From assembly GCA_964347045.1 (NCBI GenBank), contig CAYFXC010000006.1, positions 100,425 to 142,664 on the forward strand: DNA of 42,240 nt. The letters run 5' to 3'. Made by a program: the position numbers and the translations under genes. Positions within the stretch are counted from its first letter, which is position 1. Each line of letters begins with the position of its first letter. Of the stretch, positions 18,694 through 28,007 are shown one piece after another. Source of the stretch: an uncultured archaeon (GTDB lineage: Archaea > Asgardarchaeota > Hermodarchaeia > Hermodarchaeales > Hermodarchaeaceae). The notes below the pieces were generated by a model that saw only the letters and a list, made by a program, of their open reading frames with translations, was not told the origin of the DNA and did no database searches.

Positions 18694-19928
18694 TCACAAT
18701 TAGTATAATCGAAGTGAAAGAATTAACCAAGATCTTTAATGGAGACGTAACTGCCGTTGATAACATTTCATTTACTGTAGAAGAAGGTGAAATCTTTGGT
18801 TTTCTTGGACCAAATGGGGCTGGGAAAACGACCACACTCAATATGCTAGCCACAATTCTTAGGCCCACAAGTGGGACCGCTATAGTCAATGGATATGATA
18901 TTCGAAACAACTCGGAAGATGTTCGACGCAGCATAGGATTTGTGTTTCAAGACCCAACCTTAGACATCGAATTAACCGGACGCGAGAACCTAGATTTTCA
19001 CGGTCGTCTCTATGGTTTATCCAAAACAGTACGAGAAGAAAGAATCAAGGAAATTCTTGAAGTGGTTCAGCTAACTGAACGTGCCAGTGACTATGTAAAA
19101 ACTTATAGTGGAGGAATGAAGCGGCGTCTAGAAATTGGTCGAGGATTGCTTCATTATCCGAAGGTTTTGTTTCTTGATGAACCCACATTGGGACTTGACC
19201 CGCAAACTCGCCGAGCAATTTGGGAATACATTCAAAAACTCAATCAAGAACAAAACGTCACAATTATTCTAACTACTCACTATACAGATGAAGCCGATCA
19301 TCTTTGTAATCGAATTCAAATTATCGACTTTGGGAAAATCGTTGCCAATGATACTCCTGAGAATCTAAAAGCCCGATTAGAAGGCGATATAATTGGATTA
19401 GAACTAAGAGAACCAGCAGATTCCATGAAATTGATACCACTCTTGCAGAGAATTGACTGGATAAAAAACGTCATTCCTGTTTCGGGTGTTGCTAATCAGG
19501 TGGAAATGAGTCAAATGATGCAAATGATGCGTGGAGTAATTGGCGGTGGTGGAATGGGTAGTTTGGGAAACATGGGAGGGGGAGGACCGCCACCCATGCG
19601 TGGAGTTGGACATTCATCGATGTTAGAAGATCCGGAAAAAAAGAAGAAGATAATGAAAGGACTAGTAAATCATTCAGCAATGATGCAGAATGCGCGTCAA
19701 TTGAATATGCTCGTGGATGATGCCAGTCATCGGGTTCCAGAACTAGTGAAAATAGTTGATAGAGCAGGTATTGAAATAGATTCAGTTCAAATGCATAAAC
19801 CAACGCTTGATGATGTTTTTTTGTCAGTTACTGGGCGAAGCATCCGTGATGAATCAGGAAGTATGATACAGATGTTTCGACGATTTCGTACAATGAGACA
19901 CGCACGTGGAGGCAGAACCCCGCATTAG
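18690..19928 (+). CDS. ABC exporter ATP-binding subunit (DrrA/NodI type) with Met/Gly-rich insertion
   Basis: GPNGAGKTT, YSGGMKRR, LFLDEPT, LTTH; C-terminal 'KPTLDDVFLSVTGR'. Confidence 0.93.
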   Translation: MITISIIEVKELTKIFNGDVTAVDNISFTVEEGEIFGFLGPNGAGKTTTLNMLATILRPTSGTAIVNGYDIRNNSEDVRRSIGFVFQDPTLDIELTGRENLDFHGRLYGLSKTVREERIKEILEVVQLTERASDYVKTYSGGMKRRLEIGRGLLHYPKVLFLDEPTLGLDPQTRRAIWEYIQKLNQEQNVTIILTTHYTDEADHLCNRIQIIDFGKIVANDTPENLKARLEGDIIGLELREPADSMKLIPLLQRIDWIKNVIPVSGVANQVEMSQMMQMMRGVIGGGGMGSLGNMGGGGPPPMRGVGHSSMLEDPEKKKKIMKGLVNHSAMMQNARQLNMLVDDASHRVPELVKIVDRAGIEIDSVQMHKPTLDDVFLSVTGRSIRDESGSMIQMFRRFRTMRHARGGRTPH

Positions 19929-19945
19929 TTGAGGTGAACTGAAAA

Positions 19946-20719
19946 ATGGAACCAATTTCAGGACAAGCAATTTATGTGGTCCTACTTCGTGAACTGAAAC
20001 GTTTTTGGCGAGCAAAGTCTCGTCTCATAGCTTCGATTGCACAAAGCTTTTTCTTCCTACTTATTTTCGGATTCGGGATTGGTGGAGCAATAGGAATTGG
20101 ATATTTGACCTTCATTGCACCAGGTATCTTGGCAATGGCTTTATTATTCGCATCTGTATTTACTGGAGTTTCTGTAATTTTTGACCGGCAGTTCGGTTTC
20201 TTCAAAGAAATGCTGGTTGCTCCCGTTAGCCGAACAAGCATTATTACGGGCAAAATCCTTGGCGGTGCCGTCACCGCTATGATTCAAGGTTTACTAATTT
20301 TGATCATTTCAATTTTTCTTGGCGCATACATCATTGATTTACGATTTGTCCTTGGAGTTGGAGCAGCCATTGCGATTATGCTCTTAATTGCCGCCGGGTT
20401 TGTAGGATTAGGTGTGGCTATCGGATCTGCATTGACAGATTTTCATGCATTTCAGCTCATCACAACATTTGTTGTGTGGCCATTGTTCATGTTATCAGGA
20501 GTCTTCTTTCCTATTGAAACTGCACCCTTCCCATTGCAGATCGCCATGCTTCTTGATCCACTTTTTTATGGAGTGGAGCTACTACGCTTCTGTCTACTTG
20601 GCTATGTCTCACCGATTTTAGGACCACTTGGAGCATTCATTGCCCTCGCAGTCCTTGGAGGTTTCTCACTTGCAATGGTAGGAATAGGAACCTTCCTCTT
20701 CTCCCGAGCCGAAGCCTAA
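19946..20719 (+). CDS. ABC-2 type permease
   Basis: 'DRQFGFFKEMLVAPVSR..I..GK', 'LSGVFFPI', 'DPLFYGVE'; SD GAGGTGA upstream. Confidence 0.93.
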   Translation: MEPISGQAIYVVLLRELKRFWRAKSRLIASIAQSFFFLLIFGFGIGGAIGIGYLTFIAPGILAMALLFASVFTGVSVIFDRQFGFFKEMLVAPVSRTSIITGKILGGAVTAMIQGLLILIISIFLGAYIIDLRFVLGVGAAIAIMLLIAAGFVGLGVAIGSALTDFHAFQLITTFVVWPLFMLSGVFFPIETAPFPLQIAMLLDPLFYGVELLRFCLLGYVSPILGPLGAFIALAVLGGFSLAMVGIGTFLFSRAEA

Positions 20720-21253
20720 TCAGCCTTTAAACTCAGAACTTAACAAATCATAAAGCAGAATATCATGGTACTTACCTTCAAAAAGCGAAGCCTGTCGGCG
20801 TCGTCCGCCAGGCTTAAATCCAATTTTTTCGTACACGTGCTGAGCTTGTTCATTAATCTCATGTGTAAAAAGAAAAATTCGGCGAAGGTTTAATTGGCGA
20901 AATCCAAAACTCAGAAGAAGCTTTAAGGCCTCTGATCCATAGCCCTTTCCTCTAAGATGTTTATCGTATATTGCAATCATAAGTTCAGCTTTTTGGTTGA
21001 TTTTACTAATATGAAAAAGCCCACAAACCCCAAGAAATGTTTTGGGTCTAATGCGTTCAATAACGAAGAAATAGCTGCTATGAGTTTTTCGTGCATCCCA
21101 GGTTTTTCGAATCCATTCTTCGATATCGTCTTGTGAAAGAGGTGAAGGATCATCGAGAAACCGTCTAGCTTCTAGTGTATTATACAACTGGTTAATGGTT
21201 TTAGCATCCTCAAGCTCTAAACCACGGAGCTGAACAACAGTACCTTTGAACAT
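20720..21253 (-). CDS. GNAT acetyltransferase (RimJ/RimL/SpeG-like)
   Basis: 'RGKGYGSEAL', 'F..LNLRRI', 'N..A..VYEKIGF'. Confidence 0.9.
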   Translation of the reverse strand: MFKGTVVQLRGLELEDAKTINQLYNTLEARRFLDDPSPLSQDDIEEWIRKTWDARKTHSSYFFVIERIRPKTFLGVCGLFHISKINQKAELMIAIYDKHLRGKGYGSEALKLLLSFGFRQLNLRRIFLFTHEINEQAQHVYEKIGFKPGGRRRQASLFEGKYHDILLYDLLSSEFKG

Positions 21254-21260
21254 CTATTGT

Positions 21261-21827
21261 TTACTCCGTTAACATTGGATAAGAGGGTGAATGTTGTTTT
21301 CGAAATTCTTCTTCAAGTATATCCATTAAAAGCGTATCTTTGAATTTTCCATCTTGAAAGAGAGCTTGGCGATGACGAGCGGATTGTGTGAAGCCTACTT
21401 TTTCATACGCACGAATTGCCCGTAGATTGTCCTCGTTTACGACGAGATATATGCTGTGAAGATTGAGGAAATTAAAGCCATATCCCATAAGGAGATTGAG
21501 TGCCTCTTGTCCGCATCCTTTACTCCAATATTTTTTATTCCAAATCGCTATTCCAAGTTCGGCCGAGCGATTAATCGGATGAATTGAAAAAAGACTACAT
21601 GTTCCGATGAGCAACTTTTTTTCTTTTAGTTCAATACCAAAGACGTATTCGATGCCTTTTTTTCGGTTTTCCCAAGTGTTGCGGATCCATTGTTCTTCTT
21701 CATCTTTAGACACTGGAATTGGATGCCCGAGAAATTGACGGAGTTCAACATCATTAAAGTGTTTGAGAATCTCGTCAACATCTGAAAGCTCTAGTCCTCG
21801 AAGAAATATTTTGTCACCAGTAATCAC
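21261..21827 (-). CDS. GNAT acetyltransferase (RimJ/RimL/SpeG-like), paralogue of the downstream gene
   Basis: 'AELGIAI', 'WSKGCGQEAL', 'NLRAIRAYEKVGF'. Confidence 0.9.
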   Translation of the reverse strand: MITGDKIFLRGLELSDVDEILKHFNDVELRQFLGHPIPVSKDEEEQWIRNTWENRKKGIEYVFGIELKEKKLLIGTCSLFSIHPINRSAELGIAIWNKKYWSKGCGQEALNLLMGYGFNFLNLHSIYLVVNEDNLRAIRAYEKVGFTQSARHRQALFQDGKFKDTLLMDILEEEFRKQHSPSYPMLTE

Positions 21828-21909
21828 TAACTTTCACCTTAATTTACGTATGGATGAACAGAAGGTTAAGGAGGGTACTATTTTTCTGTTTCTTTCTTTT
21901 CATTTAGGG

Positions 21910-22437
21910 CTAGTAATTCCAACCCATCATCTGTCTAAGCGCATGTCCTGTAAAACTTAATACTAAAATAAAAGGCGTAGCTAGCACTAAAAACAGGATG
22001 AAACTTTGTAGATAGAGAAGAGTAAAACCTACAAAGACTTCTGGGAGAATAGAAGCCCAATCTGGATTGAAGCCCCAAATCCATTGCCACCCGGGTATAA
22101 GCGTTGAACCATAAGCAGGATTGACAAAGAGAAGACCCAAAATAATGAAATAGTTGAAAATGAGAAATAGGAAAGGTCCTAAGAAGCCCGCTACGATAAC
22201 ATCTTTGGTTTCAAAGTTGGCAAGAAAGCCCACGAGAAAAGCCATACCACCGAAGACAAAAAGATAGATGAAGAAGTCCAATGCTGCTGTGGGTGAAAGT
22301 GGATTAATGAGATATGTAAACTTTGTGGCAAAAATGAAGAAATGAAGCCAGTCGATTCCAATGAAAGCGATACACATAATCCCTGCAATAACGAGGGTGT
22401 GTCGCCACCTGACTCGGGGTTTTATATCTTGTGCCAT
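21910..22437 (-). CDS. Hypothetical integral membrane protein (~4 TM)
   Basis: Hydrophobic segments throughout; GAGG upstream of ATG; co-oriented with the GNATs. Confidence 0.7.
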   Translation of the reverse strand: MAQDIKPRVRWRHTLVIAGIMCIAFIGIDWLHFFIFATKFTYLINPLSPTAALDFFIYLFVFGGMAFLVGFLANFETKDVIVAGFLGPFLFLIFNYFIILGLLFVNPAYGSTLIPGWQWIWGFNPDWASILPEVFVGFTLLYLQSFILFLVLATPFILVLSFTGHALRQMMGWNY

Positions 22438-22586
22438 TAGGTCATGCCTCTATTTAGGCGGTTCTCATGTTGGTTTCGGGGGCATAGGGTTTGTGACATG
22501 AGTATTAAAATTCATAGTTTTAAACCACAATTTTGAATTTTATTTCAATGAAATTTTAATATGAAAAACCTTTGTTAGCATTTTTC

Positions 22587-23105
22587 CTATAGAGGAATGA
22601 TGCTTACGCCAAAATAGACAACTGAACGATACAGTTCAAGCCGCCCATTAATAGTTTCAGCAAGGAAGGTAGTTTGAACTAGTGGTTCCAGCAAAAGAAA
22701 CCAATTCCAATTCCCACTCGATTCAGCTGCACTCAAGAGAGAATCATCATCCGCTGTAAGGGAAAAATACCAATTAAAGGGGCGATTTTCACCCGGTGGA
22801 ATTATAGTTCGACTCCCCTTAAACCCAAACCCATAGTAGGGTTGTTGGCCATTCAAGAACAGATGTGTATCAGTATGAATCAGATCGGTTGATAAAGTTA
22901 AGGAGGGGTTATAGATACGACCAGTCACTTGCACTCGATGGTAGGTTCCACTTGTTTCGTTTTTCATAACGCGAATCTCTGTGATTTCGTACGAAAAACT
23001 AAGAGACCGATAAGTATCGGCTTGATAAAACGTAGATAGCCCAAGCAAGACACTCGAGCCAAGGATAATTGATAAAAAGATAAGAACGCGGGTCCTGCGA
23101 AACAT
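22587..23105 (-). CDS. Membrane-anchored beta-sandwich protein, possibly LEA_2/WHy-like
   Basis: N-terminal TM, beta-rich body with 'IYNPS' and 'LFLNG' motifs typical of LEA_2-like folds. Confidence 0.55.
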   Translation of the reverse strand: MFRRTRVLIFLSIILGSSVLLGLSTFYQADTYRSLSFSYEITEIRVMKNETSGTYHRVQVTGRIYNPSLTLSTDLIHTDTHLFLNGQQPYYGFGFKGSRTIIPPGENRPFNWYFSLTADDDSLLSAAESSGNWNWFLLLEPLVQTTFLAETINGRLELYRSVVYFGVSIIPL

Positions 23106-23303
23106 TTCAACTCAACACCGGTGGATTCCATTTTGCTAAGTTTTCTCCCTCTATTAAGTCAATGATGAAGGCAAAAATATTATGAAAAAAATCTTTGATG
23201 AGAAATTTATGGGTCGAGCGGTTTTTTCACAGATGCTGTCAAGATAGAGAATTTTTAAGGTTGAAGTTTGTTGAAGTATCCTATTGGTCACAGGTGATTT
23301 TTA

Positions 23304-24707
23304 GTGGTCCGATTTCGAAAAACCCAACTTTACTCCGTGTGGTTTATCCTCATAATTGCCTTATTCACAATTAATTGGGTGGGATTACGAGAGCGATATG
23401 TAACAGATACCTATTCTACAAATAATGTTAGGCAAATTGCCATAGGTGATTTAGATGTCTTTAAGCCAGGACTGGAAATGGCTTATATCACACCTTCCAG
23501 TCTCAACGTTATCGGTGGACTTACTTCGAGCTCTTGGCAAAATACCACATTTCGAAATTCAAACTGGGAAACTAATCCACTAATAGCTTTGACTGTGGGA
23601 GATTTTGACATCAACCATAAAGGTGACGAAATAGCGGTTTTAACTCTTAACGGAACACTGCTCATGATATACCGAGGAGCAACTGCCTGGCAAAGCGTTT
23701 ACATTGGTTCGCTTCCCGATGGATCACCTGCATGGACATCCAATAGTATGTTTTCAGGTCAACTCATTACAACTTCCGGAGCAAACGAAATAGTGATTTT
23801 GGGACAATATTACAACTGGTCCACAACAACTACGACAGGCCGGATTTTTGTAGCAAACCGATTAGACAACACAACCTGGCAGATTGTGCAAATCCATGTT
23901 GAACCGAACCCACTCTTATGTGGTACTGCAGGTGATGTTGATAGGTTTCATGATGGTGAAGAGCTAATTGGTGGAGGAGTAAACACTGGTGTGTTCATCC
24001 TGAGTTATGATAATGGGAGTTGGATCGAAGAACGGTTAACATTATGGTCAGACCCAATACGTTCAATTGCTGTAGGAGATTTCATGATTCAACCATCGGG
24101 GAACGAAATCTCAGCAGTAAAAGATCAGGATATTTTTGCTTTTTACAAAGAATCCGGAGAGTGGAGACCAAGCACAATCTGGTCGGCAAGATTAATGGGA
24201 ACGGAAATTGATTCAGTCTTTGTTGGTGACTTTGAGCCCTTTAGCCCCGGACTAGAAGTAATGGGTCTTGGATCTGTTTATGAAAGTTATCAACCAATTC
24301 TGGTGGTCCTAAAATATTCATCTAAGTGGTTTCCAGTAGCCCAATGGAATTTAGCAGAATTCCCCATTAGTGTTGCTACTACTAATTTTCATTTCAACCG
24401 CATGGGAACCGAGGTCATACTTGCTCACACACCTCAAACCACGGTACTATCAGTTCCCAACATTATTGATCGAACTATACGAGCGGGTCAAGCCGTTCTA
24501 CTTCCTGCACTCTTACTTCTTCCAGCAACAATAATCTTGTTTGCATTAGCTGATTACATAGGACGCGTATCTGAAACACGTCGCCGAAATCGAACCCTAG
24601 AAATGATAAGAAAAGGTTTTGTGAAATGTCCAGTATGTAAACGCTTCATTCCCAAAGATAAAGCAGAAGCCCATAGAAAATGGCATAGAATCCAGCAGTT
24701 TCGGTAA
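23304..24707 (+). CDS. FG-GAP-like 7-bladed beta-propeller membrane protein with C-terminal TM and C2H2 zinc finger
   Basis: Seven 'hxhGDhD....GxEhh' repeats; N-terminal signal/anchor; TM 'AVLLPALLLLPATIILFALA'; 'CPVC-x11-HRKWH'; SD AGGTGA before GTG. Confidence 0.82.
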   Translation: MVRFRKTQLYSVWFILIIALFTINWVGLRERYVTDTYSTNNVRQIAIGDLDVFKPGLEMAYITPSSLNVIGGLTSSSWQNTTFRNSNWETNPLIALTVGDFDINHKGDEIAVLTLNGTLLMIYRGATAWQSVYIGSLPDGSPAWTSNSMFSGQLITTSGANEIVILGQYYNWSTTTTTGRIFVANRLDNTTWQIVQIHVEPNPLLCGTAGDVDRFHDGEELIGGGVNTGVFILSYDNGSWIEERLTLWSDPIRSIAVGDFMIQPSGNEISAVKDQDIFAFYKESGEWRPSTIWSARLMGTEIDSVFVGDFEPFSPGLEVMGLGSVYESYQPILVVLKYSSKWFPVAQWNLAEFPISVATTNFHFNRMGTEVILAHTPQTTVLSVPNIIDRTIRAGQAVLLPALLLLPATIILFALADYIGRVSETRRRNRTLEMIRKGFVKCPVCKRFIPKDKAEAHRKWHRIQQFR

Positions 24708-24715
24708 CCCAAAGC

Positions 24716-25807
24716 CTATGATTTGAGGATTTTGCGCGGAAGTTCATTCAATATCTTCACTGCGTCATTGATAATGGTTTCAATGAGCTCAGCCACAGTA
24801 GGTAAATCAAAAATTCGTCCAGTCACCTCTCCACCGAACATTAGAGCTGTCTCAGATTTCTGATCTAATAGATCCACAAATCCCTGTTGTTCTAATTTCA
24901 GAATGGCTTCATTTGAGTCAACGGGATTACCAAGGAAAAAGCGAGGAACATCATCCAGTGTTTGTTCAACCAGCATTTCAGCCCGTTGATTCCTTAGAAA
25001 TCGCATTGGACCGAACAATCCACGCCCGACAAGTGTTTGGCGTTCCTCAAAATTAATGATGGCTTCTTTCCAGATGGGTTCAAAATCAGCTTCTTGTGTG
25101 GCTATAAACCGAGTTCCCATTTGGATACCCACAGCACCAAGGCACAATGCGGCAGCCATGGAATCGCCATTACTAAAACCACCCGCTGCAACAACAGGGG
25201 TCTTGACAGTTCGAGCCACAGCAGGAACTAACACCATTGAATGAACCGGATCCCAAGAAACGTGAGCGCCACCTTCATGACCAGAAGCCACAATAATATC
25301 AGCGCCCGCACGTTCAGCCTTCTTGGCATGATATACCGATGGGACTACATGCACCCAAATAATGCCATGCTTTTTAATATCAGTCCATGGCGTGGGATTC
25401 CCTGCAGAAGTGATAAGAACACGCAGTTGTCGTTCAATATCTGAATCTCCATTCCGAGCTTCAATGACTTGTTCCACAAATAGTTTCGAAGCCAATAAAA
25501 ACTCTGCAGATACAGGAACATTAACACCAAAAATACCCCCTGACGATTTAGTGCGCTTGGCTACAGCTTCCATGGATTTTTGGAGCAAAACACTGGGAGG
25601 GTCATCACCGAATATTCGCTTAGCATCGATAGGGGCGGCTTCTGGTATTAGTGTTGCAGCCATTCCAATACTACTAATCACACCTAAGGCCCCAGCGTTG
25701 GCTACCGCAATGGCAAGTTCTTCAGTTTTATACGGACCCATGCCTCCTTGCAGAATGGGAACTTGAATATCCAGAAGCTCACATAATTCGGTATGAAGAT
25801 GCGTCAT
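24716..25807 (-). CDS. Nitronate monooxygenase / FabK-like FMN oxidoreductase
   Basis: 'PILQGGMG', 'AVANAGALG', 'GHEGGAH', 'PVVAAGG', 'GIQMGTRFIATQE'. Confidence 0.9.
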   Translation of the reverse strand: MTHLHTELCELLDIQVPILQGGMGPYKTEELAIAVANAGALGVISSIGMAATLIPEAAPIDAKRIFGDDPPSVLLQKSMEAVAKRTKSSGGIFGVNVPVSAEFLLASKLFVEQVIEARNGDSDIERQLRVLITSAGNPTPWTDIKKHGIIWVHVVPSVYHAKKAERAGADIIVASGHEGGAHVSWDPVHSMVLVPAVARTVKTPVVAAGGFSNGDSMAAALCLGAVGIQMGTRFIATQEADFEPIWKEAIINFEERQTLVGRGLFGPMRFLRNQRAEMLVEQTLDDVPRFFLGNPVDSNEAILKLEQQGFVDLLDQKSETALMFGGEVTGRIFDLPTVAELIETIINDAVKILNELPRKILKS

Positions 25808-25867
25808 TCTATAGCATGCCGTACCATTGCGATTTAAGTCTACACCTTACGAGTTTTCATTGTTATC

Positions 25868-26278
25868 CTATTTCGAAGGCACAAAAGCAATGACATCGAT
25901 TTCAATGGCAACGCCCTTCGGAAGCGCTGCAACCCCAATTGTTGTACGAGCCGGGGGATTGAGATCAAAATAATTGCCATACGCTTCATTAACATCACCG
26001 AAATCCTGTATATTCGTCAAATAGATAGTTGTACGAACAATATCTGAAAGACTAGAACCTGCAGCAGCCAAAATTGCCTTAATATTTTCCATACACTGAC
26101 GCGTCTGAATGGAAATTGAATCTGTCACAAACTCACCGGTTTCAGGATTCACCGGAACCTGACCTGCAACGAACAAGAAATCTCCAGCACGAATAGCCTG
26201 ACTATAGGGTCCAACAGGCTTCGGAGCATCCTTTGTAAATACTCGAGTTTTCTTTGAAGACATCAAATCATCTCCCAT
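25868..26278 (-). CDS. ridA: RidA (YjgF/YER057c/UK114) enamine/imine deaminase
   Basis: 'APKPVGPYSQA', 'FVAGQVP', 'PPARTTIGV..LPKG..IEID' with the catalytic Arg. Confidence 0.93.
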   Translation of the reverse strand: MGDDLMSSKKTRVFTKDAPKPVGPYSQAIRAGDFLFVAGQVPVNPETGEFVTDSISIQTRQCMENIKAILAAAGSSLSDIVRTTIYLTNIQDFGDVNEAYGNYFDLNPPARTTIGVAALPKGVAIEIDVIAFVPSK

Positions 26279-26458
26279 AAATGGATCAAAGGAGTAGAAA
26301 CGATTTCTGGACTATGCTTATTACGGTTGCGATTTAGGTGGAACACTAGAGCAGAAACTTTGACTGTGTGTAAAAGTTAAAATACAAATGCTATCCAGTG
26401 AGCATAATCTCTACCTACACCATGGAGCAGGTAGAATTTTGATGGATTGAAACTAACT

Positions 26459-26635
26459 ATGCCACCAAAAGTAGACGAATCGAAATGCAGCGGATGTGGC
26501 AGTTGTGTTGACGTTTGTCCAAGCGACTGCTTCACACTAGAAAATAACCTATCGAAAGTTACAGATCCTGACGCGTGCGTCGATTGCGAGGCATGCGTTG
26601 AGGATTGCCCTGAAACCGCAATTATCCTTGAATAA
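26459..26635 (+). CDS. 2[4Fe-4S] ferredoxin
   Basis: Two CxxCxxCxxxCP motifs; acidic 58-aa protein. Confidence 0.93.
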   Translation: MPPKVDESKCSGCGSCVDVCPSDCFTLENNLSKVTDPDACVDCEACVEDCPETAIILE

Positions 26636-26967
26636 CCCGAAAGTTGTTGGTTTTTCCTGGGACTCTTTGCGGGTAACTTACTGGACAGTAGGCAACTAGT
26701 TTGCTTGAATTTTTTGACAATATAGGAAATACAGCCAACAATAAATCCTTAAAAAGAACCTAGTTTGATAATCGATTCCTTTTTGAATATCGACCTATCA
26801 CGACCTGTAACTTCACGATACACCCTAATAGGAATCCCAATAACAGCAAGAAATGAAGTGCTAACATAAGGATGTGCCTTTTTAGAAATAAACCCAGTTT
26901 TCGGAAGCGCCAAGCTTGCTGTCGATATAGCTTCGATACACGACATATTTGAATAACCTGTAGTCGA

Positions 26968-27364
26968 GAATACAGGATCTTTGAAGTCACCCCTGCGAAG
27001 ATTATTACTTCAGTCATTAAGTTACATGAAAGCCCACCGGTCATCGTTGCGAGCAAAGAACTCACTCCCGAGTCGATTGTGCAAAAATGGGTGGAACAAG
27101 ATGAGAGCCGAATCCACCCCTTGCTTATGAGGTAGCAAACCTCAAACAAGTAGTGAAAATTCAGAAATCACGTGGCGTTATTTTTACCATTGATGATATC
27201 CTTGGGAGCGAAAAAGAAGAAAAAAACAAATTTTCACCCCACCCACTCCTACAGCTAATCATATTATTGAGTATATTCAACGGTTTGGAGACTTTGATGG
27301 CTTCTTTACTCCCTCAAATATCAACGAACTAATGAAATCAACCATACATCTCAGTGAAAGCTGA
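26968..27364 (+). pseudogene. Frameshifted remnant of a VOC / 4-hydroxyphenylpyruvate-dioxygenase-like gene
   Basis: Three frames join to give '..SIVQKWVEQDESRIH/LAYEVANLKQVV..QKSRGVIF..DILG/KQIFT...HIIEYIQRFGDFDGFF..NINELMKS', the HPPD-like C-terminal pattern. Frameshifts near 27120 and in the A-run near 27220; 5' part decayed. Confidence 0.75.
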
Positions 27365-27404
27365 TTTCCTTCCTGACCGTGGGTTATTGGATAGGAGCTC
27401 AACT

Positions 27405-27435
27405 AAAAAAAGGGGTGACGCAAGGGACGGCACCC
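27405..27435 (-). terminator. Hairpin + U7 terminator
   Basis: Minus strand GGGTG-ccgtcccttgcgt-CACCC followed by cTTTTTTT. Confidence 0.65.
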
Positions 27436-27680
27436 AATAGCGGGATGGGGCGTCCAGAACGAGGACATAAAGGAGGAGAGGGGGAGAGGGGAATGAAAGA
27501 CACAGGGAAGGATACCCCATCCTGTCGCCAAGTTACCGTTTTGATTTTACCTCGTTAGGTATCTTACGAATGGAAACTGAGCTCCAGGACAAGATGGAAA
27601 GGATTGACGGAGAGAGAGCTTCTCTAGATTAAACGTATTGATTTTGTGCTTTATTCCACCTCGGGGAACTCCCGTTATCC
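27405..27680 (-). ncRNA. Candidate UCC-rich structured ncRNA 'A'
   Basis: Consensus promoter on the minus strand at 27703-27718, hairpin + U7 at 27405-27435, long stem 27441-27450/27515-27524, 14 TCC triplets in 27425-27611 (minus strand), no credible ORF. Confidence 0.6.
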
Positions 27681-27702
27681 AATGAAGTATTAGTGGTACG
27701 GA

Positions 27703-27718
27703 ATTTAAAACGCTTTCC
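27703..27718 (-). promoter_or_regulatory. BRE/TATA promoter
   Basis: Minus strand GGAAAGCGTTTTAAAT, same pattern as promoters of clear genes in this window (AGAAGTTTTAAGG before 35351, GAAGCACTTTTAAC before gdhA). Confidence 0.7.
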
Positions 27719-28007
27719 TTTTACTGGTGGAGTTTTTTCCTGAAATCGCAAGGGATTCGGAAAAAATGCACCAATCTTTTCGTATTCACTATGAATTGTT
27801 TAGTCTTTTATGATATTATAGTAGTAGAAAAACAGCAAGCTAAAAAGGGGATACAATAACGCCATAGAAAATTATGACAAGTAAATGGTTCTGCTTCAAT
27901 TTACTCTCACTCGATATGCATTCCGTTCATCTTGTCCATTAACAATTATGTATCTTTGACAAATAATCAGTCTCGAAATATATTCGTCTGAACTAGCAAG
28001 GATTTTT

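Noticed and set aside
24610-24630. Integrin alpha GFFKR motif ('RKGFVK')
   Set aside because: Only a partial match, about 20 residues away from the TM end, and it forms the lead-in to the zinc finger.
27421-27611. CsrB/RsmZ-type CsrA sponge on the + strand (many ANGGA motifs)
   Set aside because: Promoter and terminator point to the minus strand and CsrA is a bacterial protein. Kept only as the alternative orientation in the main finding.
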